A stretch of 64,000 nucleotides of DNA from Hydrogenophaga sp. (GCF_018780075.1 NZ_JADMKB010000114.1:2446-66445), one strand, 5' to 3'; positions 30,049-41,925 are shown, numbered from the stretch's first letter. Made by a program: numbers and translations. The notes: generated by a model not told the origin, from the sequence alone.

Positions 30049-31127
30049 GCTGTTTTGACTTTCGCGAGTTGCTCGCACGCGGCCACCACCGCCGCCACGG
30101 CACCGGTCTTCTGCACCTGTTGGGCCTGGGTGGCCATGGCCAGGAGTTGCTGGCGGTCCAGGCCCTGCAAGGTCTGAGCGAGCGAGGCCGGCGTGAACGC
30201 GGTTTGCGGCACCAGCCAGGCCCCACCGGCCTCCACCAGGAAGCGGGCGTTGGTGGTCTGGTGGTCGTCCACGGCGTGCGGGAAGGGAACAAACAGGGCC
30301 GCCGCGCCCACCGCCGCGATCTCCGTCACCGTGCTGGCGCCAGCGCGGCAGACGATGAGGTCGGCCTCGGCGAAGGCGCTGGCCGTGTCCTGGATGAAAG
30401 GGGTCAGCTCGGCCTGCACACCTGCGGCTTCGTAGTTGGCGCGCAGGGCGTCGATCTGCTTTTCGCCGCTCTGGTGGATCACCTGCGGTCGCTGCTCCGC
30501 GGGCATCAGCGCCAGCGCCTGCGGCACGGTGTCGTTGAGCGCCTTGGCCCCCAGGCTGCCACCGACCACCAGCAGGCGCAACGGGCCACGGCGACCGGCG
30601 AAGCGTTCGGCGGGCGGTGCCTGCCGCAGAAACTCGGCGCGCAACGGGTTGCCCACCCACTCGGCTTTGTTGAACACGTTGGGGAACGCGGTGAACACCC
30701 GGTCGGCGATGCCGGCCAGCACCTTGTTGGCCATGCCGGCGACCGAGTTCTGTTCGTGCAGCACCAGCGGCTTGCCGCGCAACACGCCCATCATGCCGCC
30801 GGGGAAGGTGATGTAGCCACCGAGCCCGACCAGCACATCCGGCTTCACGCGGCCCACCACGCCCAGGGCCTGCCAGAAGGCGCGGAGCAGGCGCAGCGGC
30901 AGCAGGAACAGGGTCTTGAGACCCTTGCCACGCACGCCGCCAAAGTCGATCAGCTCCAGCGCAAAACCGCGCGGGGGCACCAGGCGGCTTTCCATGCTGC
31001 CGGGCGAGCCCAGCCAGTGCACGCGCCAGCCTTTGTCGCGCAAGGCCTCGGCCACGGCCAGACCGGGGAAGATGTGGCCGCCGGTGCCACCGGCCATGAT
31101 GAGGGCGCAGGGTTGACGCTGTGTCAT
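30045..31127 (-). CDS. murG: Undecaprenyldiphospho-muramoylpentapeptide beta-N-acetylglucosaminyltransferase
   Basis: [22 protein letters not shown] 31127 is preceded by GGAGGG. Confidence 0.94.
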   Translation of the reverse strand: MTQRQPCALIMAGGTGGHIFPGLAVAEALRDKGWRVHWLGSPGSMESRLVPPRGFALELIDFGGVRGKGLKTLFLLPLRLLRAFWQALGVVGRVKPDVLVGLGGYITFPGGMMGVLRGKPLVLHEQNSVAGMANKVLAGIADRVFTAFPNVFNKAEWVGNPLRAEFLRQAPPAERFAGRRGPLRLLVVGGSLGAKALNDTVPQALALMPAEQRPQVIHQSGEKQIDALRANYEAAGVQAELTPFIQDTASAFAEADLIVCRAGASTVTEIAAVGAAALFVPFPHAVDDHQTTNARFLVEAGGAWLVPQTAFTPASLAQTLQGLDRQQLLAMATQAQQVQKTGAVAAVVAACEQLAKVKTA

Positions 31128-31212
31128 GCGCACCCTCCCTTCATCAGCGATGCGTGCCGCATCCGCAGCCGCTGCGCGCCTGCCTGGCTGTTTTGAAGAA
31201 ACCGCCTGTTGA

Positions 31213-32505
31213 TCACGACCGCCCACCCTTCATCAGCTGGCGGTTTTCATGGTCCACCCGCAGCACGATGGCCAGCGCGACCAGTTCGAGCAGGATGGCC
31301 GAGCCGCCGTAGCTCATCAATGGCAGCGTCAGGCCCTTGGTGGGCAGGGCGCCGAGGTTCACGCCGATGTTGATGAAGGCCTGGAAGCCGATCCACAGAC
31401 CCACACCCTGCGCCACCAGCCCCGCAAACACCTGATCGAGCGCGATGGCCTGGCGGCCGATGTGCATGATGCGGCGGATCATCCACATGAAGATGCCGAT
31501 CACGGTCAGCACGCCGATCAGGCCGAACTCTTCGCCGATGACCGCGAGCAGGAAGTCGGTGTGGGCTTCGGGCAGCCAGTGCAGCTTTTCCACGCTGCCC
31601 CCCAGCCCCACGCCAAAAATTTCACCGCGCCCGAACGCGATCAAAGAGTGCGACAGCTGGTAGCCCTTGCCCAGCGCGTACTGCTCGCTCCAGGGATCGA
31701 GGTAGGCAAAGATGCGCTCGCGCCGCCACTCGCTCATCATGACCATCAGGGCAAACGCCCCCACCACGACCAGCGCGATCAGGAAGAACATGCGCGCGTT
31801 CACCCCGCCCAGGAACAGGATGCCCATGGCGATCACGACGATCACCATGAAGGCGCCCATGTCCGGTTCGGCCAGCAGCAGCATGCCGACCACCGCCAGG
31901 GCCACCGCCATCGGCGCCACGGCGCGGAAGAAGCGCTCCTTCACGTCCATCTTGCGCACCATGTAGTCGGCGGCATACAGCAGGATGGTGAGCTTGGCCA
32001 GCTCCGACGGCTGGAAGCTGATGATGCCCAGCGAGAACCAGCGCCGCGCGCCGTTGACGCCCTTGCCGATGAACGGCACCAGCACCAGCACCAGCAGCAG
32101 CAGGGCGAACGCAAACAGCCAGGGCGCGAACCGCTCCCAGGTCTGCATCGGCACCTGGAACACCATCAGCGAGCCGATCAGGCCGATCAGGATGAACAGG
32201 CCATGGCGCACCACAAAGTGGGTGGGCGCGTAGTTGGCGAAGCGCGGGTTGTCGGGAAGCGCAATCGAGGCGGAGTACACCATCACCAGGCCCCAGGCCA
32301 TCAGGGCCATCACGACCCACAGCAAGGGCTGGTCAAAGCCCAGCTCGCGCACCTGGCCTTGCCGGGTGCCGGCGTAGGTCCGGTTGGACAGGCGCACGGG
32401 CAGTCCGTCAGCGCCGATCGCGTTGCCCAGGCCCACCACGCGAGGCAGCAGGGCGCCAAGGCGAGCGCGCAATTTGCCCAAACCAGGGTTCAGCGCGGCC
32501 ATCAT
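31213..32505 (-). CDS. ftsW: SEDS lipid II flippase/polymerase FtsW
   Basis: [21 protein letters not shown] and [14 protein letters not shown] at 32505 forms an ATGA overlap with the murD stop. Confidence 0.92.
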   Translation of the reverse strand: MMAALNPGLGKLRARLGALLPRVVGLGNAIGADGLPVRLSNRTYAGTRQGQVRELGFDQPLLWVVMALMAWGLVMVYSASIALPDNPRFANYAPTHFVVRHGLFILIGLIGSLMVFQVPMQTWERFAPWLFAFALLLLVLVLVPFIGKGVNGARRWFSLGIISFQPSELAKLTILLYAADYMVRKMDVKERFFRAVAPMAVALAVVGMLLLAEPDMGAFMVIVVIAMGILFLGGVNARMFFLIALVVVGAFALMVMMSEWRRERIFAYLDPWSEQYALGKGYQLSHSLIAFGRGEIFGVGLGGSVEKLHWLPEAHTDFLLAVIGEEFGLIGVLTVIGIFMWMIRRIMHIGRQAIALDQVFAGLVAQGVGLWIGFQAFINIGVNLGALPTKGLTLPLMSYGGSAILLELVALAIVLRVDHENRQLMKGGRS

Positions 32506-34298
32506 GACGCGCCCTCCAGGCTCACACCCTGCTCGTCGGCCAGCGCACGCACCGCTTCGACGAACACGTCGGCGCGATGTTTGTAGTCGCGAAACATGTC
32601 CATGCTGGCACAGGCGGGCGAGAGCAGGACCGCATCGCCGCCGTGCGCCTGGGCCGCGCACAGGGCGACCGCTTCGGACAGGCTCGCGGCGTCGAGCAGT
32701 GGCACACCGGCGAGTTCGGCGGCGGCCTGCACCTGTTCACGGATGCGCAAGGCGTCGCGGCCGATCAGCACCGCCGCGCGCGCGTGGCGCGCCAGGGGCT
32801 CGGCCAGCGGGGCGAAGTCCTGCCCCTTGCCGTCACCGCCCAGGATCACGACCAGGCGGCGGTCGGCGCCCAGCCCACGGATGGCCGCGAGCGTGGCGCC
32901 CACGTTGGTGCCCTTGCTGTCGTCGAAGTACTCGACCTCGTTGAGGATGCCGATGGGCTCGACCCGGTGCGGCTCACCCCGGTATTCGCGCAGGCCGTGC
33001 AACATGGGGGCCAGCAAGGCCCCGGTGGAATTCGCCAGTGCCAGCGCCGCCAGCGCGTTGGCGGCGTTGTGCCGCCCACGGATGCGCAGGGCATCCGCCG
33101 GCATCAGGCGCTGGAAGTAGATCTCTTCCTCTTCATCGCTGGCGCGGCCCCGCTTGCGGGTTTCGTCCAGCGCGAGCGCACGCACCAGCCAGTCCATGCC
33201 GTTCATGGATTCGATGCCCCAGTCACCGGCGCGCTTCGGCGCATCCAGCCCGAAGGTGGCCCAAGGCCGCGCGGGCTGCTGGCGGTTGCGGCCGCCGATC
33301 TTCACCGTCACGTTGGCGGGCTTCATCGCCATGACCTGCGCATCATCGCGGTTGAGCAGCATCAGGGCCTGCGTGCCGAACACGGCCGCCTTCGCCTGGG
33401 CGTAGGCGGCCATGGAACCGTGCCAGTCGAGGTGGTCTTCGGTGATGTTGAGCACGGTGGCCGCCGTCGGCACGCCATCCCAGGCGCCACCGGCGGTGCC
33501 GTCGAGCTGGAAGCTGGAGAGTTCGAGCACCCAGGCCGCGGGCAGGTGCGGTGGCGGCAGGGGTTCGATGGGTGGCGGCACCCGCAACACGGGGGCCTCA
33601 CCGTCGTCCTCGGGCGCGGGCAGGAGCTCGTCTTCGTCGGCCGGCAGCAGCTCGCCCTGTGCATCGGCGACCGGCGTTTCCACCTCTTCCACGGCGGGCT
33701 CAGCTGCCACCGGTGCGGCGACAGGAGCCAGTGCCGCATCGGCTTCGGCCTGCGCCGCGGCGTCCGCTTCGGCCCGGGCTTCAGCGTCCAGCGCCGCACC
33801 CAGCACGTCCAGCAAAGCGGGACCGATGTTGCCGGCCACGGCCACGTTCCAGCCACAACGCTCCAGCAGCAGGCCGGTGAGCGAGGTCACGGTGGTCTTG
33901 CCGTTGGTGCCGGTGATGGCCAGCACCTTCGGCTTGTAGGGCAGGCGCTCGCGCAATGACAGGTCCTGCAGGGCCTGCGCGAACAGGTCGAGTTCGCCCA
34001 CGAAGGCGGCGCCCTGTTGCTGCGCCCAGGCCCGGGCCGGGGCCAGTTGCTCGGGCGGCAGGCCCGGGCTGCGCGCGATCACGTTCCAGGGCTGTCGCGC
34101 CAGCAGGCTGTCATCGAACGGCCCCGCCACGAACGCCGTCTGCGGACACTCGGCGCGCAGGGCGGCCAGCGAGGGCGGGGCCTCGCGCGTGTCGGCCACG
34201 GTCACCACCGCGCCATGGCGCACACACCAGCGCGCCATCGACAGCCCGGAGATGCCCAGGCCGAGGATGAGAACGTGTTGGTCTTGAAGGGCGTTCAT
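32502..34298 (-). CDS. murD: UDP-N-acetylmuramoylalanine--D-glutamate ligase (with a low-complexity insertion)
   Basis: [11 protein letters not shown] and GTNGKTTV. 598 aa, which is unusually long because of the insertion at aa ~170-252. Confidence 0.92.
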   Translation of the reverse strand: MNALQDQHVLILGLGISGLSMARWCVRHGAVVTVADTREAPPSLAALRAECPQTAFVAGPFDDSLLARQPWNVIARSPGLPPEQLAPARAWAQQQGAAFVGELDLFAQALQDLSLRERLPYKPKVLAITGTNGKTTVTSLTGLLLERCGWNVAVAGNIGPALLDVLGAALDAEARAEADAAAQAEADAALAPVAAPVAAEPAVEEVETPVADAQGELLPADEDELLPAPEDDGEAPVLRVPPPIEPLPPPHLPAAWVLELSSFQLDGTAGGAWDGVPTAATVLNITEDHLDWHGSMAAYAQAKAAVFGTQALMLLNRDDAQVMAMKPANVTVKIGGRNRQQPARPWATFGLDAPKRAGDWGIESMNGMDWLVRALALDETRKRGRASDEEEEIYFQRLMPADALRIRGRHNAANALAALALANSTGALLAPMLHGLREYRGEPHRVEPIGILNEVEYFDDSKGTNVGATLAAIRGLGADRRLVVILGGDGKGQDFAPLAEPLARHARAAVLIGRDALRIREQVQAAAELAGVPLLDAASLSEAVALCAAQAHGGDAVLLSPACASMDMFRDYKHRADVFVEAVRALADEQGVSLEGAS

Positions 34299-34305
34299 CG
34301 TGGAT

Positions 34306-35484
34306 TCAACGCAGCTTCAGGGTGGACAGGCCCACGAGGCACAGCAGCATGGTGATGATCCAGAAGCGGACCACGACCTGCGTTTCCTTCCAGCCCTTCT
34401 TCTCGAAGTGGTGGTGCAGCGGCGCCATCTGGAACAGGCGCTGACCCTGGCCGTAGCGGCGCTTGGTGTACTTGAAGTAGGTCACCTGCAGCATCACCGA
34501 CAGGGCTTCCACCACGAAGATGCCGCCCATGATGGCGAGCACGATTTCCTGGCGCACGATGACGGCGATGGTGCCCAGCGCACCGCCCAGCGCGAGCGCG
34601 CCCACGTCACCCATGAACACCTGGGCGGGGTGGGTGTTGAACCACAGAAAGGCCAGGCCCGCACCGGCCATGGCCGCGCAGAAGATCAGCAGCTCGCCCG
34701 CGCCAGGGATGTGCGGCAGCAGCAGGTAGCGCGAGAACACGGCGCTGCCGGTCACGTAGGCGAACACGCCCAGCGCCGAACCGACCATCACCACCGGCAT
34801 GATCGCCAGACCGTCCAGGCCATCGGTGAGGTTGACCGCGTTGCTCGATCCGACGATCACCAGGTAGGTCATCACCACGAAGCCGAACACGCCCAGCGGG
34901 TAGCTGACTTCCTTGAAGAACGGCACCATCAGGCCCGCCTGCGGCGGCAGCTCCACGGTGAAGCCCGACAGCACCCACTGGAAGAACAGCTCGATCACGC
35001 GCAGGTTGCTCGTGCCCGAGACGCTGAACACCAGGTAGAACGCGGCGACCAGCCCGATCAGCGATTGCCAGAGGTACTTCTCGCGCGAGGGCATGCCCTC
35101 GGGGTCCTTGCGCACCACCTTGCGCCAGTCGTCCGCCCAGCCGATGGCGCCAAACCCCAGCGTCACCCACAGCACGATCCACACGAAGCGGTTGGACATG
35201 TCGAACCACAGCAGGGTGGACAGCGCGATCGAAAACAGGATCAGCACACCGCCCATGGTCGGCGTGCCGCCCTTGCTGATGTGGGTCTGCATCGCGTACT
35301 CACGGATCGGCTGGCCGATCTTGAGCGCGGCCAGCCGGCGGATGAAATAGGGGCCGGCGACCAGCCCGACGATGAGCGCCGTCAGCGCGGCCATCACCGC
35401 GCGGAAGGTCAGGTACTGAAACACCCGGAGGAACCCGAATTCGGGTCCCAGGCTTTGCAGCCACAGGGCCAGGCTAAGCAGCAT
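34306..35484 (-). CDS. mraY: Phospho-N-acetylmuramoyl-pentapeptide transferase
   Basis: [29 protein letters not shown]... and [16 protein letters not shown] 35484. Confidence 0.95.
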   Translation of the reverse strand: MLLSLALWLQSLGPEFGFLRVFQYLTFRAVMAALTALIVGLVAGPYFIRRLAALKIGQPIREYAMQTHISKGGTPTMGGVLILFSIALSTLLWFDMSNRFVWIVLWVTLGFGAIGWADDWRKVVRKDPEGMPSREKYLWQSLIGLVAAFYLVFSVSGTSNLRVIELFFQWVLSGFTVELPPQAGLMVPFFKEVSYPLGVFGFVVMTYLVIVGSSNAVNLTDGLDGLAIMPVVMVGSALGVFAYVTGSAVFSRYLLLPHIPGAGELLIFCAAMAGAGLAFLWFNTHPAQVFMGDVGALALGGALGTIAVIVRQEIVLAIMGGIFVVEALSVMLQVTYFKYTKRRYGQGQRLFQMAPLHHHFEKKGWKETQVVVRFWIITMLLCLVGLSTLKLR

Positions 35485-36910
35485 GTGAGGGGTCCTTGTG
35501 TTCTTTTGTTTCGACGGTGTCCAAGGCCTGAAGGGCCTGCACCACACGCTCCATGCGCATGAAGCGCGAGCCCTTCACCAACACACTGCGCACCGCCGTT
35601 GGCGAGCCGGCGGCCACGGTCTGGCTGATGTGCGCCATCAGGCTGGACATGTCGATCCAGTGCCGTGGTGTGGGCTCACCCGCCGCGGTCATGGCGGCCA
35701 CCGCCTGCGCCATCCAGTCGCCGGTGCAGTGCACCGTCTCGATGCCCGAGGCCATGGCCTGGCGCAGCACCTCCAGGTGGAAGTCCAGCCCCTGTTCACC
35801 GACCTCACCCATGTCACCCAGCACCAGCACGCGGGGCGCCGGCAGCTCGGCCAGCACGCGGATGGCCGCGACCACGGAATCGGGGTTGGCGTTGTAGGTG
35901 TCGTCGATCAGGGTGACGGCACGGCCGGGCAAGGGCAGCGACAGCGCGCGCGAGCGGCCGCCGACCGGCTCAAAGCTGTCAAGCCCGCGAACGACGTCCG
36001 CGAGCGCCACCCCAGCGGCCAGCGCGCAGGCGGCCGCGGCCAGGGCGTTGCGCACGTTGTGTCGACCGGCAATGTGGAGGCGGCAATGGCTTTCGCCCGC
36101 CGGCGTGGCGAAGCGCAGCGCCCAGGCGCCGTCCAGCCACTCGGCGCTCAGGGCATGCACATCGGCCCCGGGATCGCTGTCGCTGAACGTGAGGGTGCGC
36201 CGGGTGGCCGCCAGTTCGCGCCACACGAACGTGTAGGCGTCGTCACTGGGGAACACGGCCACGCCGTCGGCGCGCAAGGCCGCGATGACCTCGCCGTTTT
36301 CGCGCGCCACGGCCTCGACCGTGCCCATGAACTCCTGGTGTTCACGCTGGGCGTTGTTCACCAGCGCCACCGTGGCCTGGGTAATGGCGGCGAGCCAGGC
36401 GATCTCGCCCGGGTGGTTCATGCCCAGCTCGATCACCGCGAGCCGGTGCTCCGCGCGCAGGCGCAACAGCGTGAGCGGCACACCGATGTCGTTGTTCAGG
36501 TTGCCCTGCGTGGCGTGCGATGCGGCGCCCGCTGCCGCGCGCAGGATGGACGCGACCATCTGCGTCACCGTGGTCTTGCCGTTGCTGCCGGTCACGGCGA
36601 TCAGCGGCAGGTTGAACTGTTCGCGCCACAGACGGGCCAGCTCGCCCAGCGCCAGGCGCGTGTCGGGCACTTCCACACCGGGCAGGCCGGCTTCGTGCAG
36701 CCCGCCGTGGGCGATGGCGGCCACGGCGCCCTGGGCCTTCGCCTGCGGCAGGAACGCGTGGGCGTCAAACCGTTCGCCCTTGAGGGCCACGAACAGGTCG
36801 CCGGGCTGCAGGCTGCGGGTGTCGGTGTGCACGCGGCTCACCTCGGCATCCGGCGTGCCGACCGCGCGTGCCCCCGTGAGGCGGGCCATGAGCGGGAACA
36901 GGCCGTTCAT
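35474..36910 (-). CDS. murF: UDP-N-acetylmuramoyl-tripeptide--D-alanyl-D-alanine ligase
   Basis: [11 protein letters not shown] 36910 forms an ATGA overlap with the murE stop. The 3' end overlaps mraY by 11 nt. Confidence 0.92.
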   Translation of the reverse strand: MNGLFPLMARLTGARAVGTPDAEVSRVHTDTRSLQPGDLFVALKGERFDAHAFLPQAKAQGAVAAIAHGGLHEAGLPGVEVPDTRLALGELARLWREQFNLPLIAVTGSNGKTTVTQMVASILRAAAGAASHATQGNLNNDIGVPLTLLRLRAEHRLAVIELGMNHPGEIAWLAAITQATVALVNNAQREHQEFMGTVEAVARENGEVIAALRADGVAVFPSDDAYTFVWRELAATRRTLTFSDSDPGADVHALSAEWLDGAWALRFATPAGESHCRLHIAGRHNVRNALAAAACALAAGVALADVVRGLDSFEPVGGRSRALSLPLPGRAVTLIDDTYNANPDSVVAAIRVLAELPAPRVLVLGDMGEVGEQGLDFHLEVLRQAMASGIETVHCTGDWMAQAVAAMTAAGEPTPRHWIDMSSLMAHISQTVAAGSPTAVRSVLVKGSRFMRMERVVQALQALDTVETKEHKDPSHAA

Positions 36911-38451
36911 GCGGCGGCTCCCTGCTGGGCGCGGCGAAGGCCGAGCGCCTCGCGTGCCTGCACCACATCGGAAAACGGTCGCTTCACGCCCATCACGTCC
37001 TGGTAGTCCTCGTGCCCCTTGCCGGCGATCAGCACCACGTCGCGGGCGTCCGCGCGTTGCACGGCAAGCGCGATGGCCGCCGCGCGATCCGCTTCGACCA
37101 GGGCGTTCGCGGGCTGCGCCAGACCGGCCACCATCTGCCCCAGGATCGCCTGCGGGTCTTCGCTGCGCGGGTTGTCGCTGGTGAGCACCACCCGCCGGGC
37201 TTCGCGTTCGGCCACAGCCGCCATGAGCGGGCGCTTGCTGGCGTCGCGGTCGCCACCACAACCGGCCACGGCCCAGATCGCGCCGCCGCGCTGTTGCGCC
37301 AGGGGCTGCAGGGCCTGCAAGGCCTTTTCGAGCGCGTCGGGTGTATGGGCGTAATCGACCAGGACCAGCGGCAGACCGTCCGCCACGGCCACCTGCTCCA
37401 TGCGCCCGGGCACGGGGGTGAGCGCGCCGCAGGCCGCGACCGCGTCCACCAGCGGCACACCGAGCGCGCGGGCCGAGGCCAGCACGCCCAGCAGGTTGGA
37501 CACGTTGTAGCGGCCCACCAGGGGCAGGTTCATGGCGCGAGATTCGACCACCTGCCCCGACGGGTCGCACTCCTGCACGACCCAGCGCATGCCGCTGTCG
37601 GTGAAGCCGATGTCGAGCGCACACAGCCGGGGCGCCAGCGTCTGCGTGCCCTCTTCCAGACCGAAGGTCCAGAGGTCCAGGCCGCGACCAGCCAGAGAGA
37701 CGGCCAGCGCCAGCCCCTGGGCATCGTCGAGGTTCACCACCGCGTGCGCCAGCCCAGGCCAGTCGAACAGCGCGGCCTTGGCCGCCCAGTAGTCGGCCAT
37801 GCTGCCGTGGAAATCCAGGTGGTCCTGGGTGAAATTCGTGAACACCGCGACCTGGATCTGGGTGGCGTTGAGCCGGCCTTCGATCAGGCCGATGGACGAG
37901 GCCTCGATGGCACAGGCCTGGATGCCCGCGTCCACCATGCCGCGCAGACGCGCCTGCAACAGCACCGGGTCGGGCGTGGTCAGGCCGGTGGGCACGAGGG
38001 GTTGGCCCGGCTGTCCGGCCAAGGGCGGTTGACCGATGCCCAGCGTGCCCACCAGCGCACAGGGCCGCCCCACCGAGGACAACAGCTGCGCCATCCACCA
38101 GGCGCTGGAGGTTTTGCCGTTGGTGCCGGTGAAGGCGATCACGTCCAGCGCGTGGCTGGGGTGGCGCTGGTAAGCGCTCGCGATGAAACCGGCCTGCGCC
38201 TTGAGGCTCGGCACGGCGACCACCCGGTCGTCCTGGAAATCGAACGGCTCCACACCGTCGCGCTCGACCAGCGCCGCCACCGCCCCGGCCTGCAGCGCGC
38301 CCGCCACGTAGCGCCGGCCGTCGGTCGCGGCACCCGGCCAGGCGACAAAGGCATCGCCGGCGTGCACCCGACGGCTGTCGCACTGCAGGTCGCCGCGCAC
38401 GCGCTCGCGCAGCCAGTCGGCCACGGTCTGGGGATGTTGCATGACCTGCAT
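36907..38451 (-). CDS. murE: UDP-N-acetylmuramoyl-L-alanyl-D-glutamate--2,6-diaminopimelate ligase
   Basis: GTNGKTS and a Mur ligase core. The ATG overlaps the ftsI stop (TGATG). Confidence 0.93.
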   Translation of the reverse strand: MQVMQHPQTVADWLRERVRGDLQCDSRRVHAGDAFVAWPGAATDGRRYVAGALQAGAVAALVERDGVEPFDFQDDRVVAVPSLKAQAGFIASAYQRHPSHALDVIAFTGTNGKTSSAWWMAQLLSSVGRPCALVGTLGIGQPPLAGQPGQPLVPTGLTTPDPVLLQARLRGMVDAGIQACAIEASSIGLIEGRLNATQIQVAVFTNFTQDHLDFHGSMADYWAAKAALFDWPGLAHAVVNLDDAQGLALAVSLAGRGLDLWTFGLEEGTQTLAPRLCALDIGFTDSGMRWVVQECDPSGQVVESRAMNLPLVGRYNVSNLLGVLASARALGVPLVDAVAACGALTPVPGRMEQVAVADGLPLVLVDYAHTPDALEKALQALQPLAQQRGGAIWAVAGCGGDRDASKRPLMAAVAEREARRVVLTSDNPRSEDPQAILGQMVAGLAQPANALVEADRAAAIALAVQRADARDVVLIAGKGHEDYQDVMGVKRPFSDVVQAREALGLRRAQQGAAA

Positions 38452-40196
38452 CAGAACGACTCTTCCACCGCTTCGGTCACGATCTGCGGCTTGACGTTCA
38501 TGTCGGGCTGCACCCCCAGCACGCGCAGGCTCTGCTGCACCGTTTCGCTGAACACGGGCGCGGCCACGAGGCCGCCAAAGTACTCACCGTTGGACGGCTC
38601 GTCGATCATCACGGCGACCACGATGCGCGGCGCCTCCACCGGCGCCAGACCGACAAAGAACGAGCGGTACTTCCTGTCGGCGTAGCCCTTGCCTTCCTGC
38701 TTGTGTGCGGTGCCGGTCTTGCCACCGACCGAGTAACCCATGGTCTGGGCCTTGGGGGCGGTGCCACCCGGCCCGGCGGCCAGCTCCAGCATCTTGCGCA
38801 CCGACACCGTGTTCTTCTCGCTGAACACCCGGACCCCGGTGGCCAGCGTCTCGGACTTGAGCATGCTCACCGGGATCAACTCACCGTCGCGGGCAAAGAT
38901 CGTGTAGGACTGCGCCAGCTGGAACAGCGACACGGACAGACCGTAGCCGTAGCTCATCGTCGCCTGCTCGATCGGGCGCCAGCTCTTGTAGGGGCGCAGG
39001 CGCCCCGTGACCGCGCCCGGGAACGGCACCTGCGGCTTCTGCCCGAAACCGGCCTGGGCAAAGGTCTCCCACATCTCGCGCGGGTGCATCTGCATCGCCA
39101 TCTTCACCGTGCCGACGTTGCTCGACTTCTGGATGATCTCGTTGACCGTGAGTATTCCGTGCGGATGCGAGTCACCGATGGACGAGCCCCCGATGCTGAT
39201 GCGCCCCGGCGCGGTCTGGATCTGCGTGGTGGGCCTGACCAGCCCTTTGTCCAGTGCCAGCGCCGCGATGAAGGGCTTCATCGTCGAACCCGGCTCGAAG
39301 CTGTCGGTCAGCACGCGGTTGCGCAGCTGTTCGCCGGTCAGGTTGAGGCGTTTGTTCGGGTTGTAGCTGGGGTAGTTGGCCAGCGCGAGCACCTCGCCCG
39401 TCTGGACATCGAGCACGATCACGCTGCCCGCCTTGGCCTTGTGGCTTTTCACCGCATCGCGCAACTTCTCGTAGGCGAAGTACTGCACCTTGCTGTCGAT
39501 GGAGAGCTGGAGGTCGGGTCCGTCCACCGGTGGAATGACGTCGCGCACGTCCTCGATCACCCGGCCCAGCCGGTCCTTGATCACCCGGCGCGACCCGGCC
39601 TTGCCGGAGAGCTGCTGGTTGAAGGCCAGCTCCACGCCTTCCTGGCCACGGTCCTCGACGTTGGTGAAACCCACCACGTGCGCTGCTGCCTCACCCTCGG
39701 GGTACTGGCGCTTGTACTCGCGGCGCTGGTAGATGCCCTTGATGCCCAGGGCGGCGATCTCCTTGGCGATCGGCTCATCGACCTGGCGCTTGACCCAGAC
39801 AAAGGTCTTGTCCTCGTTGGCCAGCCGCTTCCTCAGCTCCGGCAGCGGCATCTCCAGCAACCTGGCCAGCTGCTTGAGTTTGGGGTCGGTCTTGTCGACG
39901 TCCTCCGGGATCGCCCAGATGCTTTGAGCGACCACGCTCGACGCCAGGATCAAGCCGTTGCGGTCCAGCACGCGACCCCGGTTGGCGGGCAGCTCCAGCG
40001 TGCGGGCGAAACGCACCTCTCCCTGGCGCTGGAAGAAGTCGTTGCCAAACACCTGCACGTAGGCGGCGCGTGCGCCCAGCCCCACGAAGGCCAGCGCCAG
40101 CGCGGCGACGATGAACTTGCTGCGCCAGACCGGCGTCTTGCTGGCCAGCAGCGGGCTGGCGCTGTAGTTGATGGCGCGGCTGCGGGGCTTGCTCAT
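38451..40196 (-). CDS. ftsI: Peptidoglycan D,D-transpeptidase FtsI (PBP3)
   Basis: SxxK (GSTMKPF), SSN (SSNVG) and KTGTA motifs. ATG 40196 forms an ATGA overlap with the ftsL stop. Confidence 0.93.
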   Translation of the reverse strand: MSKPRSRAINYSASPLLASKTPVWRSKFIVAALALAFVGLGARAAYVQVFGNDFFQRQGEVRFARTLELPANRGRVLDRNGLILASSVVAQSIWAIPEDVDKTDPKLKQLARLLEMPLPELRKRLANEDKTFVWVKRQVDEPIAKEIAALGIKGIYQRREYKRQYPEGEAAAHVVGFTNVEDRGQEGVELAFNQQLSGKAGSRRVIKDRLGRVIEDVRDVIPPVDGPDLQLSIDSKVQYFAYEKLRDAVKSHKAKAGSVIVLDVQTGEVLALANYPSYNPNKRLNLTGEQLRNRVLTDSFEPGSTMKPFIAALALDKGLVRPTTQIQTAPGRISIGGSSIGDSHPHGILTVNEIIQKSSNVGTVKMAMQMHPREMWETFAQAGFGQKPQVPFPGAVTGRLRPYKSWRPIEQATMSYGYGLSVSLFQLAQSYTIFARDGELIPVSMLKSETLATGVRVFSEKNTVSVRKMLELAAGPGGTAPKAQTMGYSVGGKTGTAHKQEGKGYADRKYRSFFVGLAPVEAPRIVVAVMIDEPSNGEYFGGLVAAPVFSETVQQSLRVLGVQPDMNVKPQIVTEAVEESF

Positions 40197-40483
40197 CGCT
40201 CCACCTCCGGTGCGGGCTGTGCCGGCAGCGTCACGTACTGCGTGATGCCCGGGCTGACCGGCCGCATCTGCAACTGCCGGGCGGCCAGCTGCTGGACGCG
40301 CGCCGGGGTCGCCTGCTCGCGTTTCTGAACCTGCAGCTGTTCGTGATCCGCCTCCAGCCGGTGCGACTGGGCCCGGGACTTGTCGATGGCCGTGTACAGG
40401 CGGCGCGACTCGTACTGGGTGTGCACCAGGTAGAACGCGCTGACGAGCACCGCCAGCAACAGCATCAGGTTCAGGCGGATCAT
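40193..40483 (-). CDS. ftsL: Cell division protein FtsL
   Basis: 96 aa. TM helix (LMLLLAVLVSAFYLV) followed by a coiled-coil region. Positioned between rsmH and ftsI. Confidence 0.85.
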   Translation of the reverse strand: MIRLNLMLLLAVLVSAFYLVHTQYESRRLYTAIDKSRAQSHRLEADHEQLQVQKREQATPARVQQLAARQLQMRPVSPGITQYVTLPAQPAPEVER

Positions 40484-40511
40484 GGCAAGCCACCCATCTT
40501 TGGCGCTGCAC

Positions 40512-41438
40512 TCATGCCGGCTCCTCCGTGCGCGTGGCCACGCGCATCACCGCGCTGCGCGAGCGCGGGTTGGCCTGGACCTCGGCGTCCGAGGGCATCA
40601 CGCGCCGCACCGCGGTCAGGGGCATCGCCTGGGGCTCGGCGAACGGCACGCGGCGGTCCACCACAGCGCGCGAGTGGCGCGCCATGAACTGCTTGACCAT
40701 GCGGTCTTCCAGCGAATGGAAGCTGATCACGACCAGTTGACCTCCAGGACGCAAGACATGCAAAGCGGCCTCTAGCGCTTGTTGCAGCTCTTCAAGCTCG
40801 GCGTTGATGAAAATCCGAAAAGCCTGAAATGTGCGCGTTGCAGGGTCCTTGCCCGGCTCGCGGGTTTTGACCGCGCCAGCCACGACTTCGGCCAGCTCGC
40901 GGGTGGTTCGAAAAGGGCCCCGTTCCTGTCGGCGACGATCAATCGCCTTTGCAACCTGTTGAGCAAACCGTTCTTCGCCATATTCACGGATGACCTCCGA
41001 CAGGGTGGATACATCGGCCGTTTCCAGCCACTGAGCCACGCTCTGGCCGCGCGTGGTATCCATGCGCATGTCCAGAGGACCATCGTGGCGAAAAGAAAAA
41101 CCCCTCTCGGGGTCGTCGATCTGGGGCGAACTCACACCCAGGTCCATCAACACCCCGTCCGCGCTCGCCCTCCCCAGCTCGCCCAGGTGGCAGAAGCCCT
41201 GGTGACGAATGCCAAAGCGCGGGTCGCCCGCCGCCAGCGACTCGGCGGCCGCCACCGCCTGCGGGTCCTTGTCGAACGCCGTCAGCCGCCCGGCCGACGA
41301 CAGCCCCTGCAGAATGAGCGCCGAGTGACCGCCGCGGCCAAACGTGGCATCGACGTAATGTCCATCCGGGTTGATCGCCAGTGCTTGCACGGCTTCGTTC
41401 AACAGGACGGTGTGGTGTTTCCATGCGCCTTGCACCAT
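40512..41438 (-). CDS. rsmH: 16S rRNA (cytosine1402-N4)-methyltransferase
   Basis: [20 protein letters not shown]. Internal ATG 41438. Confidence 0.93.
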   Translation of the reverse strand: MVQGAWKHHTVLLNEAVQALAINPDGHYVDATFGRGGHSALILQGLSSAGRLTAFDKDPQAVAAAESLAAGDPRFGIRHQGFCHLGELGRASADGVLMDLGVSSPQIDDPERGFSFRHDGPLDMRMDTTRGQSVAQWLETADVSTLSEVIREYGEERFAQQVAKAIDRRRQERGPFRTTRELAEVVAGAVKTREPGKDPATRTFQAFRIFINAELEELQQALEAALHVLRPGGQLVVISFHSLEDRMVKQFMARHSRAVVDRRVPFAEPQAMPLTAVRRVMPSDAEVQANPRSRSAVMRVATRTEEPA

Positions 41439-41443
41439 CGTCC

Positions 41444-41869
41444 TCAGAAAGAGAAGTCCTTGAGCACATCGGGCATCGGCTTCTGCATCTCCTCGGCCTC
41501 CTTGGCGGCGTAGGACGGGGCATCCCACAGTTCGAGGTAAGAGCCCATACCGAGCAGCACAGCGTCCTTCGTGATGCCGGCCGCAGCGCGCAGCTCGGGC
41601 GAGACCAGCAGGCGCCCGGAACCGTCCATCTCCACGTCCATCGCATTGCCCAAGAAGATGCGGCGCCACCATTGGGCATCCATCGGCAGCGAGGCAATGC
41701 GATCACGGAACTTCACCCACTCGTCGCGAGGGAATACCATCAGGCAGCCGTGGGGGTGTTTGGTGATGGTGAGCTGGCCCGCCGCGGTGCTCAGGGCGTC
41801 ACGGTGCCGGGTCGGCATCGAAAGCCGCCCCTTGGCATCAAGACTGAGAGAGGAAGCACCCTGAAACAC
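41444..41869 (-). CDS. mraZ: Division/cell wall cluster transcriptional regulator MraZ
   Basis: [18 protein letters not shown] and [13 protein letters not shown] (two SpoVT/AbrB-like halves). GTG 41869 gives 142 aa and is preferred. The track start 41902 would lie inside the operator repeats. Confidence 0.88.
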   Translation of the reverse strand: MFQGASSLSLDAKGRLSMPTRHRDALSTAAGQLTITKHPHGCLMVFPRDEWVKFRDRIASLPMDAQWWRRIFLGNAMDVEMDGSGRLLVSPELRAAAGITKDAVLLGMGSYLELWDAPSYAAKEAEEMQKPMPDVLKDFSF

Positions 41870-41888
41870 CGCGATCGATCCTTGAAAA

Positions 41889-41925
41889 ACACTTTTCACC
41901 ACTTAATGGCACTTTTTTCCACTTT
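41889..41925 (-). promoter_or_regulatory. Four 10-bp-phased direct repeats, a candidate MraZ operator
   Basis: The minus strand reads AAAGTGG-aaa-AAAGTGC-cat-TAAGTGG-tga-AAAGTGT. It ends 20 nt upstream of the GTG start of mraZ. Confidence 0.65.

Noticed and set aside
35474-38383. ORF-track entries that appear as fusions or long N-terminal extensions: 35474-38383, 13396-15117, 9514-11334, 11855-14221, 28639-30660, 38451-40511, 3849-4697, 8173-9486 and 47635-48972.
   Set aside because: The family-typical N-termini begin at internal ATGs that have SD sequences or ATGA/TGATG coupling to the preceding gene. The upstream parts overlap the neighbouring gene out of frame and look like noise.
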